Assembly: GCF_009834535.1 (NCBI RefSeq)
Contig: NC_045714.1
Span: forward strand, 8,370,001 to 8,434,000
Length of the DNA stretch: 64,000 nucleotides
Reading direction: 5' to 3'
DNA from: Camelus ferus
Taxonomy: Eukaryota
Position numbers and translations under genes: made by a program. Shown piece after piece: positions 48,621-60,759 of this stretch. The stretch's first letter is position 1, and each line of letters opens with the position of its first letter. Under the pieces are notes generated by a model. The model did no database searches. It was not told the DNA's origin and saw nothing but the letters and a program-made list of their open reading frames with translations.

Positions 48621-51020
48621 GATTAATGCACTTACCACAACCTCCCTAAAACATGTGTCTCTTACTAGATCATATGATCTTTGAAGAATTAGGACCATTT
48701 AGTCTTTAAATGCCCTGCACAAAGTTATTTAAATAACAATTGCAGAATTTAATTAAACTTTTAAAGAAAATGAATATTCTTGTTTAAATCTCCTGAATCC
48801 ATGCTTGGCAACACTTTAAGCACCTCCTCCTGCCCCTAACACAAAGACGCTTCTGGAATTACCAGTGACAACAGAAATTTCGTGTGGTTTTTTTAAACCA
48901 ATAAAGCTCCAATTTTCATTATGTGATCAATTTGCAGGGGTGGGGGCGAATGAATCTCTTAAATGCATATCTTACAGTTCTGGTTCAGTTGTTGAAGGGG
49001 AGAGAAAAATTAAAGAGAAAACCCCACCCCTGCCAGCACGTTGCTTTGAGTGAATCACAGCTCAGTGAAACCTTTCAGGCATATAATTTATCTTTTCTTT
49101 GGCCCATGCAGTAAATGCTTCACTTGTTCATGAATTCTGGCCTTGTTTTAATTATGCCTATGTTCTGAATGTAGTTTTATGAGGCACAAAAATAAGATTG
49201 TCGTTCTGAAGACACAGAAGATTTGTGTGTTTCCCCCAGAATGCAATGGTGGCATCCTTCTCCCAGTTCACAGCTCTGTGGGCTTGTGGTTGGAATTCCA
49301 ATCCAGCAAGGAACACGCAGGGGAACCGGGGGGAAGGGTTTGCGTGCGTGGGTGGGAGGGCAGGGACGGCCAACATGGCTGAGCCCAAGGCATCATTTTA
49401 CCCTAAGGATTCTGAATCAATACATTGAGGCCATGCATGCACAATGCAGCGCTCCGACCAAGAAAGCCATTGATTGAGAAGTTTCATTCCTGTTACTTTC
49501 TGAGAGCTGGGTTCTCTCATTACACTTCCAGAATGACTGATTTCCGCCCCCCACAAATACAGACTGTACAGCCAGGGATCAGATCAGAAATCTTAACAAA
49601 CAGAAGGCTATTTTGTTGTTGTTGTTTTTAAAAATCTTTGCAGATACATGTATTTGAATATCCACAGGTTCACAGACTGAAGGAGAAATGAGTGGCTATT
49701 TCATAACTTTTCCACTTCTTATAAGCATAGAGTTCAAAGTTGTCATCCATATTTCAAATTCCAAAGATATTGTATCAACAACAAATGGAAATCTGTCATG
49801 TAACAAACACAGATGCAAATTTCATGTGTGAATCTAAGGAAACGAATTCACTTATTCCAAAAGGAAGATAAGCTACAATTTTTAGATCTTCTGAGAGTTA
49901 CTATAACTTCAAAATTATCACCCAACGGCTTGGTTATACTATGTACCTGCCATGTTCCCAACACACACCTCAAACTCTGAATCAAATCTCATTTTGGAAC
50001 TTACTCCATTCCAGCTGAGGTGTGGTCCCTAAGAGCCTTCAATGAAAAAATAAAAAAGCTGAGTTGATAAAGCACAATTGTAAAACTCTGGTGCACTTGT
50101 CTTAGAATAGGAATAGATTGACTGCATTAAGGTTTTATATGGTTATACGTTCAAGGGTCGGTTATCAGATGCTGAACTGGTTTACTTAAACAGAACAGGG
50201 ATTTGGATGCGTCACGAGATACCAGTTCAGAGATAGGTAAAGCTCAGTTCTTCACTCTCTTCCTATAAATAGCTCAGTTTTTCTAAATTCAGGCAGTGGG
50301 CTGGCTTTAGGTGCCCACGTAGATGAAACATGTGACATTCAAAAACTCAGAACCTTCAGATGACTTCAGGAGCTCGTGACCAACAATGAGGATGCAACAA
50401 GAGTGTCCCCACGCAAAGTGAAGTGGTAAAGAGTTTCTCAGATACTCATGAGTGTTGAGGATCAGTCTGTTGTCCCCAGGATACGGACCTTTCGGGCTCC
50501 AGGTTTATACATTTGATGGGAGGTTCCCTGGGCCAGCGAGGCTTTCTCCTCATCCTCCCCAGCAGAGCCCTTGCATCATAACCGTGAATTTTTGGTATCT
50601 CTTCTCTGGCTGGACCACAAACTCCCTGAGGATAGGGACCCTGTCCTGTCCACCATGGTGGCCTTGCCTCGCCGGTGCAGGGCAGTGTCACACTCAGTGA
50701 AGATTTGATGCCTGAATACATTTGAAGACTCACTTTGAATTATACAGAAAGCTATTCAGTTGGCTTCTGAACTGGTTGGTGCCTTTGGAGAAGGGGGCAT
50801 TGAAAGGGCATTTTTTCTTTTTTTTTAACTTTTGAAAGAAAATTTAAAAATCAGCTCTTGGAGAAAAAGTTTACAGTAACAACAAGGATGCTGATGGCAT
50901 GAGCCTAAACACATCAGCCTTATCTTTTCCCCAATTCTAACTGTCCAGAGTTTTCAGCTGGTGTCTAATATTTACAGTGTAATTCTTGATACCACCCTGG
51001 ATGAATTAAAACCATAGATT

Positions 51021-51121
51021 GGTGGTGGCTCAGTGGTACAGCGCGTGCTTGGGACGCCGGAGACCCTGGGTTCAATCCCCACTGCTTCCGTTAAAGGCAG
51101 GGAAAAAAAAAAAGGCAAAAA
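51021..51121 (+). mobile_element. tRNA-derived SINE, short form
   Basis: B box ggttcaatccc, A tail, TSD aattaaaaccatagatt / aattaaaccacagatt. Confidence 0.85.
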
Positions 51122-52200
51122 AATTAAACCACAGATTAATGTGACAGTCATTTTCCTGAAGGAAAATAGTATGTGGACAGTGCTTAGAACAGAGCCTGGC
51201 ACATTGTAAATGCGAAATAAATGACAGCCAGTGTTATTATTAGCAACCTGGCAGGGAAGCTAGTTGTCATTAAGACAAATATATGGACACCCACGATACA
51301 CCACCATGTAATAAAAAACAGACCATCTAACTTTTCCCCGGGTCTAACCTCAACTAGAGGCACTTTTATTCCCAAGTTCTGAAAAATACTGTTGTTTAAA
51401 AGACCATCAACTAAAGAAAGAAGTGCCTTAAAGTACAATGTATCTACTTGTACTCCCTTCTTCATTTAAGGAGTTCTTTTCAACCACCCCAAACACAAAC
51501 TCTCAAGGTTAAGAGCAAATGCTCTTTTTAAGATCAAAAGAACTTGCCTTTCTTTGTTCAGGAAAGAAAGCAACCAGTTCAGATGCCTCCTTAAAAAAAA
51601 AAGAAAATCCAGTTTTTACAAAGGATTACTCCAGCTCGTTGGAAAATAATTAGTACACAAAAGAGTCTTCTTCCCAGAGCCGTAAAACCTGTTGATTTCA
51701 GCGCACACTTTAGTGAAAAAGACAGTTGAAGATCAATCCAAGCTATTAAAAGTAAGAAATGAAATGCATTCCAATACAAGCCTATAAACATCCTATCCGG
51801 GAAGCAGGCTACTGAGACGGGGACAGGTATTTAAGTCTTTGAGGAACCGTTTTTACTAATGCCTTTCCCTCCAGACTCCATTGATCATAAACGCAAACTG
51901 TCCACCTCTGCCTTTGATGAATGGAAGGATGAATTCATCTGTGTGTAACTCCCCTCCTCTCTTCTTTTACACTAAACAGATGCCACAGCTGTTACTGTTC
52001 CTCCAGCAGATGTTTCTGCCCACGGAAACATGGGCAGGCACCGCGCTACAATGTGCTGTTTGTTCTAGAGGGATCCATGGCTTGAGACCCTGTCGGGACC
52101 CCCTGGTGACTAGAGAGCCACACGTGTGCAACAGTGTTCCCCCACGAGGCCCCCTGAGCTGGCGTTAAGAGCAAAATGGATCGTCCCTGTCAGCACTTAC

Positions 52201-52757
52201 CCCCTCTGCAGGGACATCGCTCGACTGCGTCGATGATCCAGGAGTTTCGCGCGCCTGGTCCTGATGCTGCGCGCACTTGGCTTCCTGCTGGCTGTCGACT
52301 GGCGTCTGTTCCCGTTCCTTGTCCAGTTTGAAGAGTTTGTCAAAGAAGCTGGGGTCCTTCGGCTTGGAGGGGGCTGCTCCCCCTGACTCAGGTCCCCAAG
52401 TGGCAGAGAGGCCGAGCTGAGCGGCCGGGGTCGGCCCGGGGGTTTTATCTGGGTCGCGCCCCGGTGCAGCTGCGCCCGGAAGCGCGCCGGGCTCACTCAG
52501 GTCTTTGTTCCTCGGGGCTTGACTGGAGCTGACATCAAGCTTCACTGACCCAGTGGATGAATCCGTGGCTTGGTCTCCGGCACGTCCTGGTACAGGCCGA
52601 GAGAGCGTCAAGAAAAAACGAGATCTAGCAGCTGGTGCCTGGGGTTTGGCCTCCTTCCCGAGACTCTTCCCGCTGGCATCCGCAGCAGTGCTTATCTCCG
52701 TTGTGGTGGGGGAAGCAGTGGCTGCATGATCCTCCCGGACACTTGCTCCCAAATCGA
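52201..52757 (-). CDS. BCAS1: BCAS1 large coding exon, 557 nt (V)DLGASVRED...SSDVPAEG; phase 1 in, phase 0 out
   Basis: Acceptor tttgtgtttacag|TC, donor GGG|gtaagt; open frame; resembles recalled human BCAS1 (VDLGISV...[14 protein letters not shown]...SKPKDSSFFDKFFKLDK). Confidence 0.96.
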
Positions 52758-53115
52758 CTGTAAACACAAACATAAACAGCGGTCATTCAACCAGCGAGGA
52801 AATTCAAGCATGGCTGATGGACTCCGAACGTCTCATACACAGAGGCGGTGGTGCAGACTGGGGTTCTGCTGTCCTCGGGTCCCGGGCCTCTGCAGAGCAG
52901 AAGTCAGTCACCGAGTGGCTTCTGGCCCTGTTCTCGGGAGAGAGAAGGGAGGTCAGTGAGGAGGAAAGCCGAGTTACTGGAAAGCACACAGCAGGTGCTA
53001 TACTAGACCTAGGGACACAGTCACCATCTTCTTTTATCTCCACCGCCATCCTGTGAGAAGCAAATTATCATGATGAAAGCTGGGGGGCAGGGCTGCAGTT
53101 GCCGGGTTAGGAGAA

Positions 53116-53308
53116 TAAGGTTTTCCAGCCTCGGGGTTACTGACAGGCCGGGCCGGTTCATTCCTGTGCGTTGTGGGCCCTTTAGCTGCGCCCTTGGCCT
53201 CTACCCGCCAGATGCCAGTAGCACCCCCTAGTGTGACAACCAGAAATATCTCTGGATGTCGCCAAATGTCTCCTGGGGGCAAAGCTCATTCACTCTTGAG
53301 AACCACTG
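53116..53308 (-). mobile_element. MER20 hAT-Charlie MITE
   Basis: cctctacccgccagatgccagtagcaccccc...gtgacaaccagaaat...ttgagaaccactg. Confidence 0.85.
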
Positions 53309-53309
53309 A

Positions 53310-54120
53310 GCAAGATTATCTTTTTGAATCTGAGTTACTTAACTTTGCTGTGCCTCAATTTTCTGGTAAAATGAAGCAAATAGAACCTATCCCATAATTT
53401 TGTTATGAAGATTCCATGACTTAATATTCTTAAATATTCTCAAAGCACACCGAACAATGCCTAGACTATAGTAAGTGCTCATTAAATGTCACGAACGTTA
53501 GTTATTATCATTATTCGTGAGTGAGAAAACGGACAGCCAGAGAGGTTGATATACCTTCCCAGCAAACAGTCTAGTTATGGGCAGAAATCTGACTCCAAAG
53601 TTCATGCTCTGTCTTACCATAGACCTATGTTACATATTGAGAACACTGGAAGATTTTAAAAAGGAATACCAGAAAGTTTCCATTTTGAAGGCTGGAAGAG
53701 CAGATGTCTACACAGGAAGGCAGATTAGATCTCGGGCTGCGGGAAGGCAGAGGGGTAGGGTCAGCTGTGCAAGACTGTGCGTGGGAAAGCAGGCTCTGCC
53801 TCCTCCAGGGAGGGGCGCTGTTTCCAGAATCCCCGTTTCTGTTTTGGACTCTGCATGGAGGTGATTGAACTGCCTCCTTTTCTCTGTCCCTTTTATAAAG
53901 CAGTGCGATAGGGAAAATATACCACAAAATTTGAAATCACAGTTAAAGATCTAGATTCTCTACTGATAAGCTGTGTGACCCTGGGCAAGTCACGAAAAAT
54001 CTTTACATGTCCTCGGACGTAAAATAGGAATAATATAAGCTCCCTTGCAGGGTGGCGAAAACGCGTGCAAAGGATCAGGAGCGCTGACTTTTCCACAGCA
54101 GGTGCTTAATAACTGACAGA
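53310..54120. mobile_element. Cluster of three MIR fragments
   Basis: tgtgcctcaattttctggtaaaatg; gagaggttgatataccttccc; gctgtgtgaccctgggcaagtca. Confidence 0.55.
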
Positions 54121-54555
54121 TACTGTGATGGTGTAGTTTGTAGCCAACCGCTTCTTAGTATCTATTTGCAGGAAGAGAGAGAAAGAAGAGAACAGAGGTT
54201 TCTTTCCGTCTTCTCGTATTGCCCAGATGAAGTGAGAAAGACACACATACCCCCATTAGCAGTTACCTTGGCCAGACTCTGGTATCTCACAGTGTCTAGA
54301 GTCAAGAACAAACAAAACAGGAAAGAGAGAGAGAGGGACAGAGCACTGGATTCTTGTGCAGAATGGTGGGCTCCTCATTAAGCACCAAGGAGCAGAGCAG
54401 AAATGGTACAGAAGTCCAGTGACAAGCCCTGGGCTTCCTCATAAACTCAGACCTTAAGGAAATCATCCTGTATGAACACTGGTTTTATCTTCCGGCTCTT
54501 CCTAGCCGTTTTCTCTGTGGTCCTGGAATTCATAACTGTGGTAAATATCACACTT

Positions 54556-54583
54556 GGAAGGGAAGGGAAGGGAAGGGAAGGGA
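54556..54583. repeat. (GGAAG)5 microsatellite
   Basis: Read directly. Confidence 0.95.
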
Positions 54584-56218
54584 GAGTATGGGAATAAGGG
54601 AGTGATGGATGGATGCGTCAGGATGCCAAGTGAGCAAGTCAGGCAGTTGAAGTGTCAGCGAGAATATAAATGAATGGTGGGGACTCTCCATGCCAGGGGA
54701 AGAGGAAACAGTTGACAAAAAAGGGAGCGACTAAGATTCAAAACAAGGAAGGGCTTTTCAAAATGCCAAGAACATCAACTGGTCTCTTTTAGCCTTTTGC
54801 CTCTCTTGCTTACTCTCTGGCTGGGAACCAAAGGAGCTAATGGTGAGTAAAAGTGTTACGCTCAGAGAAAAGTCTCTAGGGAAAAAAAAAAAAAAAAAAA
54901 CCTTTCCATGGACAGACTTTTAAAAGTGCCAATCTATTGCTTTAATAAATGATCTATTCCTTACAGTCAGGTATACAGACTAGACTTCAGTGCATTTAGA
55001 GTTACAGCAGATGCAGACCAAAGCTCTTGATGTCAGAGAATGGGTAAGGTGTTTTTGATAACCTGGAAGAACGAGGACTTTTTAGATAGGACAGCCCATA
55101 ACAGTGAAGCCCGCAAACTTGGGTGAGTGTACCTCCAAGTCCCTTGCCTGGAACTTCTATGTCTCTTGCTAAAATGCTCACCTCCTAGGTAGACACATGC
55201 CCTAAGCTAGACTGAAAAATAAACCCAATGACTTTTGCTGACCTGCGAGTACAGAGTTACAATCTTTGTGCTTGGGCTGGCAAACCCGTAGGGGGCACAC
55301 CTGGAGGTGGTGGCCTTGGCTAGCACGTTCAGGAGTGCTTGCCTGAGAACCAACACAGAGGAAAGCAGAGCCAAGAGATCTGTGGGGCACATGTCCAGTG
55401 ATCGCATTTGGACACCTGGATGCAGCTGCCCCTGAAGCTGGATTACCATTACCTAGCCAGCAAATCGTTTTCTTTTTCTTTTCTTTTCTTTTTTTTCACA
55501 TAACCCATACTTAGTGACTTGGAGAGAACTTCAGGGAATTGGTCAGGATTTATTTCACTTCTTAATTAAGAGCAATCAATCTTCTCTTTGGAAAGTTGTC
55601 TCCAGGCCTTTCAGATATGTTTGGGAGACATTTAATATGGGAGGAAGGAGGGGAAAGAAAATGAAATGAGAGAAAGTGAGTTCTTAGAAGCTCACTTTCC
55701 ACAGAAACAAAAAACATTTCCTCAGGAAAAGTGAAGGAAAAAAAAATCTACTTGGGAAAAGATATTACAGTCACTTGAGATCTTAGATAAACATTACAAA
55801 ACAAATAAAGTATGTCACGAAACAGTAACTTACACACACACAAATCCAATCTGTATGGATGAGAAGGAAGAAAACCTATTGGAGTTACAGGTTTTCTACT
55901 CTTGCAAAGACAGGCATGATTCACATGCCTTCCTCACATTATTACAGAAAAAGCAAAAAGTTCCTTCCTTAGATTATCAGAACTAAGCTTTCCGTTTCTA
56001 TGAAAAATCTTGGGAGAAGCCCATCTGGAATCTGGTTTCAATAAAAAGTTTTCTTATAAAGCAGACAAACAGATGACAAAGAGATTTCACTCTTCATAAG
56101 GAAAAATGTATGAGTTTAAGGAAGATAAAAAGAAATCAAGAATGCAAATGGCAGCTCTCAAATGTTCAGGAGAGTTGAAAATTTTGATCTCCTTAGTGTA
56201 GAAAAGATAGTTTTGTAG

Positions 56219-56238
56219 TGTGTGTGTGTGTGTGTGTG
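56219..56238. repeat. (TG)10 microsatellite
   Basis: Read directly. Confidence 0.95.
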
Positions 56239-56299
56239 CGCATGTTTTAAGAAAGTTGTTTTATCTAGACGTGATGGAAAACTTATTTCCAGTGGCCTC

Positions 56300-57170
56300 T
56301 TGGTGTCACTGTTAAGAGCTTAGACTGTGGATCAAAGGGACCTGGGTTTTAACTCTAAAATATTAAATATGTGACCTGGACAAGTTACTTTATATCCCCA
56401 TGCCTCAATTTTCTCATAAAACAGACAAAAAAAAAAAAAGTGCCCTCTTCATAGGGTGATTGTGAGGATTAAATGAAATAGTTTCTACGAGGCATTTCAC
56501 ATAGGCTAGCATGTGATGAGTTTTTTAAAATATTAGTTATTTTTGTTATATTTATATATTGTTACTCTAATTACTATTTAATTTCCAAAATATAAGTCAT
56601 AAGGAAAGGAATTATTCCAATGGTTTAACCTGTGAACTTGGGTGCTCTGGAAAGACTTTTTAAAATAGTAATGATGTAAATTAATTTATCTTCAAAAATC
56701 TAAGAACCTGGGCCTGAGAAGTTTCAAGAATGTTTTTTCCAAGCACCAAGTATTCTTAGTAAAGACAAACTGCTTTGTCAGAATTCTACTGCACATTTAA
56801 AACACACGCACACACACAAGGTTTGTATTACACTATTCAGAACTTCTGAGGAAGAACTGTCTTTTTTCTTTTCATGTGTCAAAGCTAAAATTTTTACTTG
56901 GTACAACTGTAAACATAATAGCTAACATTCACTGAATGTTTTCCAGGTGCCAGGCATTATAATAAACGCCATACATAACAAGAAATATTTTATTTATGTA
57001 TTACAGCAAATCTACAAGATAGGTATGACCATCGTTCCTATTTTACAGGTGGGGAAACTGAGGCTTCAAGAGTAAAGTTACTTTGCTAACATCATCCTGT
57101 TCGTGACTGGTGGAGTCAGGATTAGAACACACGTTTGCTTGATTCCAAAGCTCAAATTCCTGACAGTGTG
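56300..57170. mobile_element. Two MIRs (plus, then minus)
   Basis: gtgacctggacaagttactt...cctcaattttctca; ttttacaggtggggaaactgaggct. Confidence 0.6.
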
Positions 57171-57399
57171 TTGTCGTAGAAGCAAGCGCAGAAGAGGGAG
57201 GGAGATGAATGAAACAATTTGGTTAAAAGAATTAGTGGATTTTTCAAGAAAAAAATATGCACAAGGGGGACAATAAGCCCTGTGCTTTCTCTTATCTGGG
57301 AACACTGGTGTGCGATTTTTGTTTGTTTGTTTTAAATAAAAATTAGATCATATCCTTCCTCCACATGAAACTATCCAAAGAGGGCTTCACTACAAGTAA

Positions 57400-57800
57400 A
57401 ATCAAGTTCCAAGCTCTGCCTTGTCCACACCCGCCAGAACCTCAGCTCGCACCGTGTGCTCCCTCTCACCTCTCCGCGCCCCAGCCTTGTTCCCACCTGA
57501 AGCCCTTGGCACCGGACCTTTCCACATGGGAATGCTTCCCCTAAGATTGTCCCTCGTTATCTTTCAGGCCCCAGGTCACACCTTTCTAGACCCTTCTCTC
57601 TAAAGTAACCCCTCCCACTCATCCGCATTCACTCTGTAGAGTTTGCAGAGCACGTCTTGGTCTCTGAAATGATCTCATTAATTCATCGTTTACTTGTTTC
57701 TTCCCCATTAGAATGTACGCACTGGGTGGACAGACTTGGTCTGTTTTGATTACAGCTGCATTCCCGGTGCCTCCAGCAGTGCTTGGCACATCCTAGGATT
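57400..57800 (+). mobile_element. L2 3' fragment
   Basis: ttccacatgggaatgcttccc...ccccattagaatgta...cagtgcttggcaca. Confidence 0.6.
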
Positions 57801-59429
57801 AAGGCAGGGAACAGGTAAGGCAGCGAGCAGAGCCAGGGGCAGACCAAGCGCTCAGCAACCATGATGTTCACAGCAGCCAAAACAGCCATGTGTGTAATCG
57901 TGGTGGTGGCAGAGATGGAGTTCTTTCCTTTGGAGAATTCCATTACCCAAATCTTCAGAGTTCTTACAGGTAAAGAGGGAAGCAGAGAGAGGCTGAGACC
58001 TGAGACCTGGGACCCTTTACCGGAGTGCTTGCACCTGGACAAACATCTCCAGCAACAGAATACAAAGAAACTATAAGGGACTAAAAGTAAAAATTACTGC
58101 ACACACACACGGTTGGGGCCATTGTGAACAATATAATACAAAAAAGGCCACAAAGCAACTGCCACCTCTGAGGTGCCAGGAGCTAAAGCAGGGCACTGCG
58201 CGTGATTCTGGCACAGGGCACCTCCGAGGGGGCGGGCAGGCCACCCAAGCTCCGCCTCCTGCCCAAACCAGCTCCTGCTGTTAAGTTAAGGAATCAGCTC
58301 GCCCTGCGCATCTCGGGAACAAGTAAGGGCACCTGTTACTTGTGTTCGCTCCCTCGTGCTGCAGCCCCAGCCTCAGTGAAGCCTTGCTCCTTACCGATTT
58401 CTACTGATTAAAAAGTCCAAGGACCCAGGTCGGTAACATCGTTATAATTTCATTCACAAATGAAGTGTCTACTGACGATTCCCCACTCAGACACCCCTTC
58501 CTCTGTGACACCATCATGTATGCCAATGTGGTGATCCGTCAGGATAAAGGTTAAATGAAGAGGAAAGACAATGCACCCCAACTGCAAAGGGAAACTGCAA
58601 ATCTTGCAAAAGGCGGAGGGTGCGGAGAGTCATGTAAAAATCACACACGTGGCTACTGTCGGGTGAGGATCTGGCAGACTTAAAGCAGTGCGCCAAAGGA
58701 GAAGGGAAAATAGAAGGGAAGGTAGGTGACGACACTCCAAGTTCTTCAAAGGAGAACTGCATCTGAGTATCAAAGGATTACGACGGTCCCTTGGGAAAAC
58801 TGATGAAGGCCTCAAAATGTTTTGCAAAAATGACCCTGTCATTCGCGGTCAGCCTGCAGGAGTCAAATGACACTTCAAACAACTGTGGCTTTCTGTGTTG
58901 TGTAAATGCACTTGTTGTTTTAAAGGTCTTGAAACAAGGATTCATGCGGCAGATACTCACGGCTTGGAGGAAGATGTTAGATTTGAAAATTTCACTGAAT
59001 GATCAGATTTCATGCTTTCCATTTCAAAATTAAAAAGCCAGGATGTCTTCTTCAAGAAACTCTAGCATAAATAAAAGAAAGGAATAGGGTTGGGGGCAGG
59101 AGGGAAGAATTCTTGGCTATTGGTTGGATACAACACATCTGAACATTGGTGATGAAAATGCTGGGTTCAAATTATGTGGGCCAAAGGTAACTGCCCACCC
59201 CTTGCTCTCGAGAGAGCATCCTCTAAAGTCAGCCATGAGTGTCGGTCACTGTGGGGCAAGACTGCCCTGGTGAGGCTCATGCTTTCCCCTCTCCTCTTTA
59301 CTCACACATTTCCTATCATTCATATGCCTACAAAAGTCTGGAACAAAGATAATTCAAATGCAGAGCCAGACTTTGCGCCAACATGAGTAAATATTGTCAC
59401 TCAAAGACACTTCAGATGCTTGATTTTTT

Positions 59430-60500
59430 TTTTCTCAGTTTGCTCATACACATTTAACATGTGTTTACTTCCCATATGATCAATCTCTCAACTCTTTTCT
59501 TTCCTTGTCTCCACCCTGCACCCTAACTGCAGGATGACCAACATCTGCAAACCAGTGTGGTTTATCAAACTCCGTCCCTGCTCATACAAATATGTACAAG
59601 TATCCCAGATACATGCACAAGGGGGTTGCACTTGTCCTTGTTGGTTTTTATAAACATAGGGTTATATTAGACACAGTTTGTGATTGTTTTGTATATCATT
59701 GTCATGGATTGAATGTTTGTGGCCCCCCTCCAAAATTCATATGCTGAAATCCTGACCTCCCACTGCGATGGCATTAGGAGGCGGAGCCTTTGGGAGGTAA
59801 TTAGCTCATGAGGGTGGGGCTCTCATGAATGGGATTAGTGCCCTTATAAAGAAGGTCCCAAAGACCCCTCTCGCCCCCTCTACCACGTGGGGGCACAGTG
59901 AAAAGACTGCAGACTGTGAACCAGGAAAAGGGCCCTCACCAGACGAGGAATCTGCTGGCCCCTTGATGTTGGACTTCTCGCCCTCCAGAACTGCGAGAAA
60001 TAACACAGGGTGTTTAAGCCATCCAGTCTATGGTATTTCTGTTAGAGCAGCCCAAACAGACTAAGACAACCACAGTTCTCCCTCCCAGTCAATACATCCA
60101 AAGCTATCTTATCTCTTTAATAGCTGCAAAATACTCCTTAGTATGGAGATACCAAAAGACACTGAAGCCACTGCCTGATCAGTGAATGTTCTGATAGTTT
60201 CCGCACCACTTTTTCTATTTCCACTACAAACAATGCTGTGGAAAATTTCCATGATCAAAACTCCTAAGCTAGTGCTTTGTTTCTATAGAATAGAGGCCCA
60301 GATGTGGAGCTGCTGCACCCAAATTAATGTACATTTAATTTTTAAAAACAGACACTGCCAGGTCACCTTCCCCAAAGAGTCTCCAAAGACTCACATTTCC
60401 AGAGGAAATGTGATGAGTGTCTCCCATCCACAAGGGTGGAAGGGATGCGAAGCAGCCAGAACATTGATCACAAATATAATATTAAGCACCTTTTAAGTGG
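59430..60500 (-). mobile_element. Ancient L1ME fragments flanking the MLT1A LTR
   Basis: Antisense L1 blocks (tttaatagctgca, acaaacaatgctgt), highly diverged. Confidence 0.5.
59700..60068 (+). mobile_element. Solo MaLR LTR (MLT1A-like)
   Basis: TG...CA ends, tgtcatggattgaatgt start, cagactaagaca end, degenerate 5-nt TSD atcat/accac. Confidence 0.88.
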
Positions 60501-60759
60501 TTAAACAAAAATTTACCAGGGAAAATCATACATCATTCTATTAGTGACCTCAGCTGTTAGGACACAAAGAGTAGGCTTTGGAGATAGCAGTTGGGGACAG
60601 GTTGGCGGGTGGGGGGGGCGGGTGGGGGGCAGGTGGGATTCAGGCCCACAGAACACTGCTAACAAGTGACAGTGACTAGCCTGAGGCCCTGGGGCACTGA
60701 GAGGGGCTAGCCAGAAAGTACTGTGAGACAAGGCGCTCTGGCGGAGAAGGCTGGGGAAA

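Noticed and set aside
48186-48626. 146-aa plus-strand ORF
   Set aside because: Lies within an antisense L2 fragment; no protein similarity recognised.
52197-52959. Alternative-frame and antisense ORFs over the big exon
   Set aside because: Expected in GC-rich coding sequence; only the BCAS1 frame matches splice phases and homology.
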